Both the position numbers and the translations under genes were made by a program. DNA of 64,000 nt, taken from Laetmonice hystrix (Eukaryota). Shown piece after piece: positions 1 through 13,748 of the stretch. The stretch lies in contig OZ249436.1 in NCBI GenBank assembly GCA_965235115.1, positions 39,806,001-39,870,000 of the forward strand. Direction: 5' to 3'. Positions within the stretch are counted from its first letter, which is position 1, and every line of letters begins with the position of its first letter. Under the pieces are notes generated by a model that was not told the origin of the DNA, did not search any database, and saw only the letters and a program-made list of their open reading frames with translations.

Positions 1-372
1 AAACATACATCGATATATCCAAAGAGTTCCCGGAACATTTCCGTTGTTTTGTCGAAGACTCGTAGACTGAGGCGCCAAGTGGGCCGACACTGACCCCCAC
101 CTCCGGTGAGCGGCCGCCAAGCCGTTTTATGACGTCACGATTCCGGCCTCAACCAAGCATGCGCACGGAATGGCTGGAGCCTTGATCTCCCTTTTTTAAG
201 GAGCATTTAAGACACTGCATATAGCTGCGGTACTGATTGACCTGACGCGAATGCATATTTAGTCATTCATATTTGGTCAATCAGGCCGTATTTGCAGTGA
301 CTGTTGACATTTCCTTTAAGCCTAGTTACATAATGGGGCCAATACATGGCAAGCTTTTGGTTACTTATTATA

Positions 373-786
373 CAGGGTGTCCGAAAAAATTGCACAACCA
401 TATTTGCACACCGATCACATTTGCGAGCTTCACATATGTTAGAGGGAATCTTTTTTCAAGAATAATGGTCTTTATTGTATCTCGATTGACCAATACATTC
501 ATGAATTATGTTACCTTTTGGTCATCAAAGTCATGGCTCTGAATGGCACTGTCAGACAGCGTGATGTCCATGAGGATTACACATCACACTGTCTGACGGT
601 GCCATTCAAAGTCATGACTTTGATGAATAAAAAGTAACATGATTCATGAGTGCATTGACCAATCAAAATAAATTAAAGACCATTATTCTTGAAAAAAGAT
701 TCCAGCTAACATATGTGAAGCTCGCTAATGTGACAGGTGTACAAATATGGTTGTGCATTTTTTTTGGGGGGGGGGGGGACACCCTG
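373..786. mobile_element. Fold-back MITE, Tc1/mariner-type (TA target duplication, termini CAGGGTGTCC), palindromic over nearly its whole length
   Basis: TA|CAGGGTGTCC at 371-382 and GGACACCCTG|TA at 777-788. The arms stay reverse-complementary (e.g. gcgagcttcacatatgttag / ctaacatatgtgaagctcgc; tttttcaagaataatggtcttta / taaagaccattattcttgaaaaa) up to a small loop near 568-580. Confidence 0.9.
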
Positions 787-1106
787 TAAACTAGGTGCAC
801 ATGGTATGGGCCTTCATGAAGATGCAATTCATGATACTCCTCCCATCTCTACATCACAGTCCATACTTTTCATACCAAACATGCAATGTCATGATAAGGC
901 CAAGCATTTTACCCATGTATTTTTTACACCCCCCCCCCTTCTCCCAGAAAATCTTGGTGGTTGCATGTTGGTGGCTGCATGATACGGTCGGGGGACAATA
1001 CGTCGTATTTCTAAGTAAACCATTTCTTTTTTAAAAGAAGGACGTGGGACACTGGTGCATGTTGAGTGTATTATTTATTCTTGTAAGTAGGTTAGCATGA
1101 TTACAT

Positions 1107-1115
1107 GAGAGAGAG

Positions 1116-1177
<62 letters not shown>

Positions 1178-1267
1178 CGAGAGCGAGAGAGAGAGAGAGA
1201 GAGAGAGGGAGGGAGAGAGACAGACAGACAAACAGACATACAGACAGACAGACAGACAGACAGAGAG
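1107..1267. repeat. (GA)n / (GACA)n microsatellite
   Basis: Directly visible; it generates the spurious poly-RE and poly-LS ORFs. Confidence 0.98.
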
Positions 1268-4200
1268 GCCCACCTGATGGTAACATGACCATTCTTAAAA
1301 GGTGAAATTAAATTAAATGTTCCCCACCCACATCATTAAATCATACATTATTTAAAAACAGGAATTTCTAGCGTGCATTTCCTAAATCAGACCGTGTGTT
1401 AACACAAATGGTTTTCATGTATGCATATTATAAACAGCTTAATGAACGCCCACTTCATCTAGTTTGACATTATAACTCTAATTAACCTATCCAGGCGTTT
1501 CTGCTTCCTGTATGTGCTCTTCAAATATATTACCATTGTTGTCGGGAGAAACGTCTGAAGATCTAAGAGCCCAAGCCGATGTCGTGAACTTTTAATGTAC
1601 ATTACTGTAAAAGGACCGACCCTAATAATAATATCATGCTTGATGTCGCAGTCACGCTGCGGGTCAGGTCGGCTGAAGGATATCTATAGGCCTATAGTAG
1701 CGTCCTTCAGTCCATGAATAAGTATCACTACATTGATATGAAAACGGCATTCGGTTTGGCTGGACGTGATTATGATATATATGTAATTAAATAAGTAATA
1801 AATAATGCGCATCTGTGCGTCTACAAGAGTGTACAGTATATTATATACCTAACTACACACCTACCAAGGGAGAGGGGAGGCATAGGGGAGGCATCAAGAA
1901 ATTATTCCAAACCCTCATGACTTTCCTCCAATATTCCGTTCTTTTTTCGCTGTCTCTTAAGAAAATGTGGGCAGACCCTCTTTGACCCCAAAAATGTTTA
2001 ATGTCCCTCATTATTATATTTAGCTATCTACTTGCTAACCTATGTGCGAACCTGTGTATATGCCGATGTGCCTACGACCCCCCTCCTCAGTCATAAAGAG
2101 GACATACATAGTTCGTCATACACATGGGTTAACGCAAAAGTATAGGCCCACTGGCACAGACACAGACACATTATGGATGTACATTGTACATGAACATGTA
2201 CGCATACATAAAGTACAGGTGTGATATGTAGGAGAGCACCTATCCTCAGTCGCCTGCACATCTTGGATACCTTCGCCTTCGCCTCAAGGACAAATATTGT
2301 AAGGTCGAATATGCATGGTTATTTTAAGGAGCGTGGCCACAGGTTTGGATAACAGGTATGGTCGTATCAACACAAACTATAATAGACAGGAGCTGGAAAA
2401 CCTAGTGGGCCGCCATCCTTCCATCGCGTCGACCACAGGCTGGTCTTCGCTGAGCTGGTCACAGGTCAAAGGTCACTGAAATTTAGAGAAAAAACGCTAT
2501 AGGCCTACCGGTAGTAGAGGAGAAACGGTCCCCTATAGATTTGGCAATTAACCCAACCTTGACTGCCGACATGGTGAGGCGTTTCTGTCAGTAGATTATA
2601 ACCTGCAATACTCGTTTTTTATAGTAAGATAATCTATCATAATTTGGTACAAAGATCGTGAAAGAAATATTACGTCGTTAGATCGTGCTTAAAAACCCGA
2701 ACAGAATTTATACCTTGTATGCACGTGAATAGGTTCATTTAATAGTTAACAGAGAGGTGTTGCAATACCGTATACGACTGGTTCTTCCCAGTTATAGATT
2801 CTGTCTTAGGTGAAATAATGGAAGAATAATATCAGGAAAATGATAACTGTTTATTCCATAAAGGCACGTGGCACGGGAGTGATCTAAAACAAATACACCT
2901 GGGTGAATGTAATCGAAGGGTCTGACAAGGGGTCACAGCATCTTACATAACCGAGCCAGGTACAGGAACAAGACAAAGCAGGTAGGTCGTACTTCCCAGA
3001 TGGTTAATCAAACCGCGTTTGGTCTATGGTGTTTTTGAATAGCATCTGTCCTATATATTATATATGATTAATAATATCTTTAGTTGAGTTGACTTGATGG
3101 CGAGTGAAAGATTTAGAGTCTTTGCCACGTAATGCTGCTCGGTTATAAACAAGTAACATGACATGTCTACGGACATATATAAATATATACATGTCGATAT
3201 AATTGGATGATTTTCATGGTAACTCGTTGCAAAGTTTTCTAGGATCAAGTAATCATTCACGTTGATAACATTTTGTTTACAGAGAATCTGGGTTATTCTG
3301 CAGGGTTCATATTTGTGAATTGTAGGTGCCGTATTGTCTTTGGAGAACTGAGAGTGTTTATTGACTTTAAGCCTCCCTGTATTCTCATATACAATAAACT
3401 GACTATAATAGTCGCACAGACATCTTTTGTTAGAGAACATTTGGACTGTTTTACCAGTCTATTCCTTCGCATGCCAGGCCAGCACCTGGTCACAACACTA
3501 GCTATCGCTCAGTGAACAGTTTTATCTGGTCCTCCGTCATCATAACATTGGGCAGAGAACCGAAGTTGAGGTTCTATGGAATAAGAAATAAGCATTTCGT
3601 ACTTGAACTTGAAAGCCTTATCTGTAGCACCCTATCATTAGCGACACGAGTTGGTTTCTGCAGTTGGAAAATGTTTTCGGCACATTAGGTGACTGCAGAA
3701 GACAGAAGATATTGTAGACATTTCGAACTTCAGATTTACTATGGAGTAAACTGTTACAGAAGATATTGTAGACATACTGAACTACATCGCGAAGACTGGA
3801 TTTATGTTGTCTGGTGTGATACAGTAAACTATCTGTAAGAGAGAGCTCGAGAGCTCGAGAGCTCGAGATCCTATACCATACCCTGACTGTTGAACAAATT
3901 TAGGTCATGGATCCATATTTTAAAAAATCTTTTATTACCTTTTGACAATAACGGAAACTTCACAGTTACACTGCCGAATCAATCGTCACTTATTCTTGTT
4001 AATAATATTACCAAAGACGAAATATGAATTTGTAATATTCTAGGAAGTTTTCTACTTTTGGTGGAAAGATATAATGAAAACTGAATAACTGCGAATAAAA
4101 GCAAGAACCGCACGTATTGATCACATTAACTTATTTACTTCATTGAATGAATCACGATAATAAATCAACTAATCCTCGTAACCCATATGATTATAGGCTT

Positions 4201-7200
4201 GTGAAAATTACAAATTAACAATTCAGTATGACACTGTCTTTATGTTCTTCAAGTTTGGCTTTGTGTGAAACACTAACCGTGGCACAGCAGCGGCCGAAAA
4301 CATCGTTGATTATTCGGAAAGTTGTTTTTGTCAAGTACTTATAGCTGCACTTCATGAATACACTCATTCGTCGAAGGAGACGTATAATTCGAATATGAGA
4401 GGATGCGTCGAATACAATATCACACAGTCACCGGTTTCAATCACCCGGCAGTAGGAGTCAGACCCTGCGTTTTTTATTGACTTTGCTGGCATCTCTCATG
4501 CTCAGAACGCTGATGCCCACCTGAGCTCTGGACTGGTTGTCGTAGCATTTGTCATTTCGATTCAGTGACGCAGCCAGGACGCCTGCTGAATAAAAAGGCA
4601 GTGAGGAACCGCAATCCTTAATATCACGTGACATATGAGGAGAGGGAGGTGAAAAAGTCTACAGTATTTTTTATATATATATATAGCGTCTTTTACACAT
4701 TTAGATTCCGTGCCTGAAGATGTGAAGGGCGTGTAATTAATTCAGATATTTGCCTATCATTTTGTGAAAATATTTTCTGGTATTTATATAATCATATATG
4801 TATTCTTCATTTGGCGAATTCGCCCCGTTTGAAAAAAATATCTTCGATTAGCAGTGGCTTTTCTGGAAATTGGTTGATCTAAAAACGCCACTTGGCCAAG
4901 GGCCTTCTAAAGCTATTTCCTCACGAGTTCTGTTCACCGCAATATAGCAGAGACGTCTAAAAATCAATCGATGGTCTGCGAAACAACTGCAATAGCCACT
5001 GTACCATTCTGCGCACGTCCGCTCAGCGACTTCTGCTCATTTCCCCGTCAAAGAAAGATCAAACTACAAGGCCAAAATTGAGTTACCGCTCTTGTTGAAC
5101 GCCTGCCTGATGGAAAAACAACTCCACTGCCCTCATCAACCATTCTAGGAAGAGTGCAGGCTCCCAGAGGTACTGAGAGGTCATTCCATAGCATTGTTAT
5201 CCCAGCACAAAACGATCAGGAACAAGCACTTAGTGGTGTACACACTCATTTAGAACTATGGACCTGTATTACAACACGTCTTCGTTCAGTGACAGAGCCT
5301 CGTTCGGTGTCGGGTTGGTCACTCAGATTTTCTTTTGTTATTTTTTTCCTCATTACCATTGTTACCTTTTTGTTATTTTTTTAAGCGTTATCATACTCTT
5401 TATACACTTTGAGGAATGAAAATAAGTGCGTTTATGGAATGATATGAGCGTGTTTCTTATATGTTCGGCGATGCTTAGTATCTCTGGTGTCACCAAAGCA
5501 GCATGACATTCAAAGATTATGAATGATGTGAATGTTTCTGTACAAAATAATAATATATAATTATCTATAATATTCGCCATTTCGCAAAGGCCTTCAGAAT
5601 ACGGAAGGGCACATCCTGCTTGTACACTTCCAAGACGGGGCGTGGGTGAGTCCAACAAAGTGTGGAATGGTAAATTAACAATCGCCCACCCAGAATACCA
5701 GGCATCGACAGAAGAAAGCATTACCATGGTAACAGGAATTTTGTGAGTCGACCAACGACGCTGTCCTTAATTGGCGGTGCGTCCCTACGGATTGGTTGAA
5801 CAAGGCAGAGGGTGGCTACCTTGTCGGTGGGCGCGTCCCTCCCCAATCGGCCGCCAGGGGGCCAACCGTCAACAAGGGAGCGTACGGCAATTCCCAGGAT
5901 GAGGCTTTCCGAACGAGGAAAAGAAACCCGCCCTTGAACTGAGCTGCTAGACGCACCAAAATGTGGACACTCCATATACTGACAGCCGCTATTTACACTG
6001 TTGAGAGTGGAAAAATAAAACTTTAAAACAGTTAATGGACTGCCAGGAATTCCCATGCCGTAATTCCTACACTTTGCACAGTAATCTCTGTTTTAAGGTA
6101 CCAACAAGTGCTTAGGACTGTTGTTCAGATACTAACTGTTTCCACTGACCCAACGATCCCATTCTTGTACCTTGGTAGAGTTAGAAATTATTCTGATAAA
6201 CTATACATCCATGGCGATAATTATGTACACAACCAATCTCTAGTTAAGCAAAATCTCTGAGGACGACTAAACTGACGATTTCGACGCACGTCTTCACAAG
6301 AAGTGAAACGCTACCGATATTTCGATAGAAAATCTTCATACTACTGAGGCTAAACCTAGATGTGCTCAATGTCTGTCTGCTACCAGGTTCTGTATGGGAT
6401 TTTTTCAATAAGATAGGAAAATATATAGACTTTGTGTAAGACCCTTATCACCCAAAAAATATGATCATGTTAAAATAGAGTCATCGATATCACCATTACG
6501 TATAGCACATATATGTAATATAGATCTAATCCGAAATCAGTATTTTGTTATTTTTCTGTTATAATATAGGTAATTTCAGAATAGCTCTCAAAAATAACAA
6601 TTAATATAAAACATGAAGAAAAAGTAACTGTCCTCTACTTTCTAAAGCTAAATCTAGACTGACGTGCAGACTCAACCTATACGACGAACACACTGGTCTG
6701 GTGATGCGTCGCTACACAACAGACTCCGCAATGAATTAGGGGAACATGGCATTACACATATCACCCCCTAACGCCACACCAGCGTCCCCCCTACCCCCAG
6801 GCTAAACGACAGGAGTCATAACAACCACATAATTATGCACCATCTCATGAACAGCCCATGCCGACTACACTAATTAACTTCGGAAGCTCTATATAGGCCT
6901 AAACTACAGTATCAAGTCCTCTGTGAGGTTCCTATGTTTAACCTCTTTAAGTGAACAGTGTCGTCTGCCTATCAAGTCACGTGACTGGATTCTGGCTCGC
7001 ACCTGATCCGCTGCCTGGGCGGTTTGCCTGTCACCGTTAATCATCTCGCAATTGTACTCATCACACGTCTGTGGATCTACTTATATGATAATGGAATGTC
7101 GATTTAAGGTGTACTTATATCATATCCCGGCCTTTTTCCGGAGAAGTCATTTTTTGGCATTCAGTCTTTTTCCCCCTCAGTGGATGGAGCAATAATAGTT

Positions 7201-7920
7201 CAAAATAAATCTCTTTGAAAGAAGCGACTCCATTCTGTACAATGCATCCTCACCGTTCAACCCTGTCCCTTAAAATATACACATGGTCTTTCATACATAA
7301 ACATAACCATTTGCTTTGTGAAGCATCTCAGTGGCCTTTTTTTCACCTTCAACACATCCTGTTTTTCGATTTTCATATTTTTGTATCAAAAATAAAACTT
7401 TCGGAACTTCTCAACAGATCCGTTCACAACAAAGTTAGTGCCAGGCTAAAAGTCAACGTCAACGGCAAACCTCGTTCAATGGAAGAGAGGCCCAGCGATC
7501 CAACAGTCAGATTTTTTGTCTTTTTTGAACGCCTCCTCTGTCCGGAGCCATTTTCCCCAATAAGACAGGATTATGTTTACAGTGGAGACAACGTTCGTGT
7601 TGAGATTCCCTTGTTTTATAAGGTGACAACCACTCCTGTGCCACTGTCTCTGCACAATATCAGACTCTGAGGGAAGCTCTCTATCGCCTGGCTGGAATTC
7701 AGTTAGATTGTAATCAATTTGGCGCTGACAATTGGCGTGACTCCCAAATACAACCACACTGTCTCTGCAATACAATTAATAATGGGATGGAGCAGCGGCG
7801 TCCAAAGGATACCCGTATTCACCGCTTCACCTTGCCGTAACCAAAACGGGCTTGTAAACTGATGTGCGGGAATTCGCGCGAGGCGTCTCGATGCCGAAGT
7901 AATATTGGATGAAGGTAACT

Positions 7921-8676
7921 TTAGTCGGATTCGTCACCATAGTCTGTAGCTTCACATTGTAAGCTCGGCTGGGGAGCTATAGTCGTTTTGCCTCCTGTCT
8001 TGTGTAATTTTTCATCAGCATTTGTTGACATGGCGTCATCCTCCATGTCCTCCTCGGTGCCGTCCTGTACGTTTTCCGACTCGTCGTTGTTCTCAGCCTC
8101 GGCTAACGGCGTCAGTACGTACGGCTGCTCCTCACCGCGCATGTCACAGACGACATTCGTCAGGGCCTTGATATAGTTTTTGGCCAGTGTAAGCGTCTCA
8201 ATTTTGGACAGTTTTCGTCCGATTCGGACATGTGGGATGACTTCCCGAAGTTCCTGGAAGGCATCATTCAAAGAGTGCATGCGTTGTCGCTCGCGTTCGT
8301 TGCTCTCAAGCCGTCGCGTGTTTCGCTCGCGTGCCGAAACTCCTTTCCGGCGTCGTGACGACTTCCGGGACGACTTGGAGCCGCGCTGGCCTCCTCTCTC
8401 ACTCACGTCATCGTTGGTTGAGCTTACTCCTGAGTCGGACGGCGGTGACCCTGGAGATTCCGCCGTCTTAGCAGCCATGGGGCGTTTTCTCATGTGGTAA
8501 TCCGTGGGCCGTGTTACTGACGTGTCCCAGGAAGAGTCGTTGGCAGCAACAGTCAGAGGGTGGTCGCTGCCATAGCGACGAAAATCAGGACCGGCGTCGG
8601 TCCCTTTCGCCACGTTCAGATCGAAGACAGCCGCCATCATGGCGCTGGCCTTGCCGCCACCCGCACGGGAGCGCAT
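7921..8676 (-). CDS. dimm: Class A bHLH transcription factor, dimmed/Mist1 (BHLHA15) family, ~251 aa, single coding exon
   Basis: bHLH segment [58 protein letters not shown] matches the dimmed/Mist1 signature ([25 protein letters not shown]...[15 protein letters not shown]). A splice acceptor (tgtgtttgttttgtcgctgcAG, AG at 8681-8680) lies 3 nt upstream of the ATG at 8676, so the first 20 aa of the listed ORF are probably intronic. Confidence 0.93.
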   Translation of the reverse strand: MRSRAGGGKASAMMAAVFDLNVAKGTDAGPDFRRYGSDHPLTVAANDSSWDTSVTRPTDYHMRKRPMAAKTAESPGSPPSDSGVSSTNDDVSERGGQRGSKSSRKSSRRRKGVSARERNTRRLESNERERQRMHSLNDAFQELREVIPHVRIGRKLSKIETLTLAKNYIKALTNVVCDMRGEEQPYVLTPLAEAENNDESENVQDGTEEDMEDDAMSTNADEKLHKTGGKTTIAPQPSLQCEATDYGDESD

Positions 8677-11600
8677 AGCCTGCAGCGACAAAACAAACAC
8701 AGCCATCATTAACGAGCTCAAGGTGAAGGAGATCACACTTAGGTAGCAACGACAACCTTGCCAATCTTCCCAGTTTTAGTTTTAAACGTCCCCATTCTAG
8801 CAATCTGACTCCCTTGTATTGTCCAGAGCCATACTATCCAGGAATATTTGTACTTTATCGTTATATTTCTTTAAATTTTGTTGAAGGCATGGCAATAATT
8901 ATTGGGGTTCAAGTATGCGTTCAAAATTATAATACAAAATAACACTTTCATAAGACAACGTGAAATAGCGCCCACTAAAACATCTGCATTAGGCCTATCA
9001 TTTTAAAACTTTAGAAAACAAGCTTTTAACAATCTGCAGTACATTTACAACTGTAGACGAATGTATGTACACATGATACAAAGTGGATGTTGCCGCTGAA
9101 CACAATTGATGCTTCAGTCTGGTTTTCTTCAATGTTTTGCAGTGGAAAGCGGAGTGATGACACATTTGATTTACGCCGAGGGAGGAGAGTGAAATGCTAA
9201 TAATAATTATGGCGCATGCTATATTGGGATGGCATGCATGCTGATGACACGACGTCCGGCCAGCCCTGCGGCTGCAGGCCATTCAGGCAATTAAATATTA
9301 GAATTCAGTCGTCTAGTAAAGGAGTTCCCTTCCCTCTCTTGTGGCTATAAAGCAGTCAATCTCTATTATCCCAGCATCCCGTCGGTGACCATCACCTGGA
9401 CTGGCCTTCCTTCCCGACTGCCACTGTCTGCCGATGACATTTACATTTCTGCGCTCTCCACGGCTTACTGTCCCACGGGGCAAACAGTTCCGGACACAAA
9501 CTCAAAGCTCCACCTCTATCCTATTACAGTCAGCCGACTCGTCTAACAACTGACGGAAATCATCCAAGGGAAAAGAACGGCCCCTCTGCTTGAACAAAAC
9601 AATAATTGACATTTACGGTGTTGGGGCTGCACTTGAGAGTTGACCGTGAAGTTTACTAAAAGGGAGGTAGAAAATATTTCTATGCGCAACCAGCCTCCTC
9701 CCGAAAATACCACTCGTAGTATTTATTTTAACGAATATAACAGTATACAGTATTTATGTTAACGAATATAACGGTATATATAACTGGTTTTTGAGTCAGC
9801 ATATAACTTAACATTATATAAAGAAGACGGTTCGAGCTGGCCAGGCGAATTACATCATCAACGATCAGTAAAAAGAGATATTTTCTGATGTCTACGAAAC
9901 TCTAAGAATTCCTCAGAAGGCATTGTTAGATGTTTGCATATTCTACAGTATCACAGTATCGCACATAGAGATTGTATGGGCCACAATTGAGCGTGGAGAT
10001 ATACATTATGGATCCAAAGTGAGGACGTTTTTGCCAGATAGATAAGCCCTTAAACGCACTCAAGGGACGCTCTGTCGGCGGATGAGACGCTGAAACAAGG
10101 ACATCACTTGGAATTAAATTTCTACATGGAAACAAGTACGTGAACGTCGAAGAAACCATTTCCTGCTCAGCATTCTAAAACAATGAGGCGTTCTGTGAGT
10201 AAAGAACACTGCGCCTATTTCCTGTTGAGCAGATATAACTCGGTTAAACGTTTTACAGTTTGCGAGTTCATTGCGGGTTCGTGAGGTATCAAAATACATT
10301 TGGGCCACCCTGCACCTAGGAATAAAACAGTTCCACTTTAACGTTATACGTTTCATCAAAACAACGTTATTTTTTGACGTAATGGATGACGCTCCCATGT
10401 GTTTTTCTGATCAGTTATCTTTTGTTATGTAAACCTCGAGTCCTGGTCGAGAACATGAGCTCTATTTCCTAATCGAACACTGGATCTCTCATGGACCTTC
10501 AGGCTGCTGACTTTGTGGTGACGATCTTGCACTTGTACATAATACACTTTAATCGCACTGGTTTTCATCTTTGGCTCATTATTCACTAGAAAGACCCAGG
10601 CCAGTAAACATTTCCTTAGTATTGGTAGTTGCTCAGATTCTTCTTAACATGCTACTTTTCTTCTAAAAAAATAGAGCACGTCATCCAGACTTTGAAAAAC
10701 GTCGAGGTTGGGTAATGGCGTATTCATAGAACACACTTTCCGCCCGGTATAGTTCAATCTTGATAACGAGGTTTCACCAATGAAACATTCATGGCATTGT
10801 ATGGACTGTCGCATCCTGCACGTTGTAGTTACCTTTCGGGCAGAAAGGAACTAGGCATGCGTCCTGTCCTACTATCATTAATCACAGTTTGGTGGCAGAC
10901 TTGGTGCTGGTATTCGACCATTTGTCATCGCCTTTCCCGGCATGGAAACCTATTACTATGTACCTGAATCATATTAATGACATCCTTAACGACTGATGTA
11001 ATTACAAGGCCTGATTAACACCCAGTTACTGACGTTTGTGACCTAGCGTGGCGCAGACACCGAGCCAGACGGAAGACGGTCAAAGCGAGGCAGACGCCGC
11101 CGTACCGAGTTCCTGTTCCGGTGCGCGACGCGCCGACGCGTTGTCATGGGGTCGGCCTTGACGACGGGGGACAGCGACCTCGATTGGTGGCCCATCCATC
11201 GTCCCCTCTGCCCTATTAGCGTCGGCATTGCCCTCTGTCATGTTAAACATCATTGATGAATGCCTATACCTGGCAGTTTTCAGGCCATCAACGAGTCTCC
11301 TAGGAGCTTTGACCCTCTCCCAGAGGTCACAGAACATGGGCAGGCAGAGGATATTTCGGAAAACAAGATGCATTAACCATACACTAAATTTGTCCTTTGT
11401 TGGATATTGTTTTGAGTTCCTAGTGGAAGGCCAATGTTGGCTTAGTGAATACTGAGGAGTATACCAGTATCTACTTGAGGTCATAGGTCACGACAGGAGG
11501 ACCCATTATGGCCTTGGTGACATGGATAGGACATCTGTAAAACAACACGCACGTCATGGAAACCCCACCGAGAACCTGAAACCGGAGGACCCCCTGACCC

Positions 11601-13748
11601 CGGCGACCGGTCCCTCCTCAGGGGAGCAGTCAAATTTACGGCCCAGCTGGACGGCTAGTGACGCGAAATGATCATTAACAAAATAGAAGGTTACAGCTTG
11701 CCTCTGGGAGCCCAAACATGTCAGAGTGGACCGGTTTGATGTATCGAGTTAAAAATCTGTCCCCACCGTGTGGGTGGACGCGGCGCTGGACGGATTAGCG
11801 TCATACAGCCGGCAGATTAGCCGACATAGATGGAGGATGACGATTAGAATGGATTATGACTGACTACATCCACCGTAATATAGACCGTGGTAATTGAATA
11901 CAGGGCTGGCAGAATGACATGTCTCCAGGGCTATTGTTCCAGATCAACATGCATTGGAAGCTGTATTTGACCTACGGTTGTCAATTTGTCGACATCTTCT
12001 AATAATAGACATGTAGTGCGAAAGGCGAAACGGTCCGCATGATTTGCAGTATCCTCCTGGGGGATAAAAGGACCCAACTACATCCAATTACACCTTATAT
12101 GTTAGAAAAATTCCAACTTTTTCCAATATAGCTACCTGCATGTTTGCAAATTCATGTCAGACAAGATAGCACTCATAGTAGAGTAGCCTGTCGTATACAT
12201 GAAGATCGGTTTCGGTACATCGGGGCCATGCATGGTTTCGGTTTTTGCAGTATTGCTCGTCGGGTGCGACTAAACACTGAAACCGAGCGAATTTACCGAA
12301 TGTCAACAACTCGGGGTAAAATGCGATCGCCGTCCAAGCGAAGAATGACACGTTTTCTGGTCTAGTTTCGCTATTGTAAGAAGTAAATCGACACATAATG
12401 AGGTAGATCGTTATGATATGATATATTTCTTAATAGACAGGAACATTATTATCTCTGGAAAGATTCATGTAATTTGATCCCTTTAAGTAGCCACCCTGGA
12501 GTCCAAGAGCCACAGTCTCCTTCTACTTCTATTTATACATCGTGGTGTCATCTTTCTCGTTCTACAGAATTATGGACTAGTCCCAAACGACTGGTACATT
12601 TTGTACGTGTTTTTTTCACGGGGAAATTCGTGGAAATCTACTCTCTGCTGACGCGACAACACCCACGCGAACCACATCCACAGACAACGGCTGAAGGGAA
12701 TCCATCCTAGAATAATAACATCCATTCAGTCGTTGTATCAACCTCCCGGGTTGCACCCGCATACTCCAGCTACTTTTAGCTCTTAGCAACCTTGCTATGC
12801 ACCACTCATTACTTGTAGGCAATCAAGGAATCAAACTGGCATGTTGGTAACTGTATCCAAGTGTGGCTCCGCGGCTGCCATGCGTTTGGATCTTTAAGAT
12901 GATTTTGCAAGGAAATGCGATTGACATCTTAATATATCTATATTAGATTCATTTAATAATCAATGAGATAATCCTAGAATTTAGACCTAGTGAGATCATT
13001 TTGTGTAAATGGAGATTAGCTTGGCCGCTTTTAATTTGTTATATGGATTCTGTTTTTGCTGAGATCTGTTTTTGCTGTTTTTGCTGAGATCGTCAGTTCT
13101 TGGCAAGCTACACCTAGCTCTAACTCGGGTCTCCAATCAGGGCTGGGTTACCCAAAGCTGAGCGTGTCACGTGACATGGCAAGTAATAGTCTATTCTGTA
13201 TGACATGTCGTCGATTCATCACAACTTAATTAATCCCTTTAACTTGGTACAGACCACACGCCAGGCCACATAATAAAGATTGCTCACTGGGCGTATATTA
13301 TCGCTCTGTATTTCAACTCTGTTGTAATGCTTTCTCAACGTATCTCCAATCGACACAATAGGTATTCACGACAGCTGTTACGATAAACATATTATCATTG
13401 AAACCTTGGTCCATATTTATATAGGTCGATACGTGGGAGTAAGTAGGTTATATCAATGGCCACTGGGAATTCGATATAGATCTACAGGTGTCGGCACTGT
13501 TACATCTATACCTTTGGTCTGGCATTACGAGTATAGGTCTATCATCAGTCATCGCCCACAGCAGCACGACGATTTTTATAGTCGTATAGCGTCTCTTCGT
13601 GATTATCGTAACGGCCGGTCAAGCGAACAATTACATGACCTTTGACCTTTGTCGGTGGACAATGGTTTAAGTATATCCGGCAGTGGTTAGAGAACTTATA
13701 ACAAAACACATTCATGTATGTTGAAGTGAGGGGTCAGTTTTACTCTTA

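Noticed and set aside
1031..1305. ORFs with poly-LS or poly-RE (also poly-Y/I at 22796-23017 and poly-A at 18277-18555)
   Set aside because: They are translations of microsatellites.
7988..8500. Plus-strand ORFs overlapping the bHLH gene (likewise 42849-43412 over ABCB9)
   Set aside because: Antisense shadows of real coding exons, with no independent protein features.
8677..8736. Hydrophobic, signal-peptide-like N-terminus on the bHLH ORF
   Set aside because: It starts at a non-ATG codon and spans the polypyrimidine tract and acceptor AG, so it is most likely intronic rather than evidence of a membrane-tethered factor.
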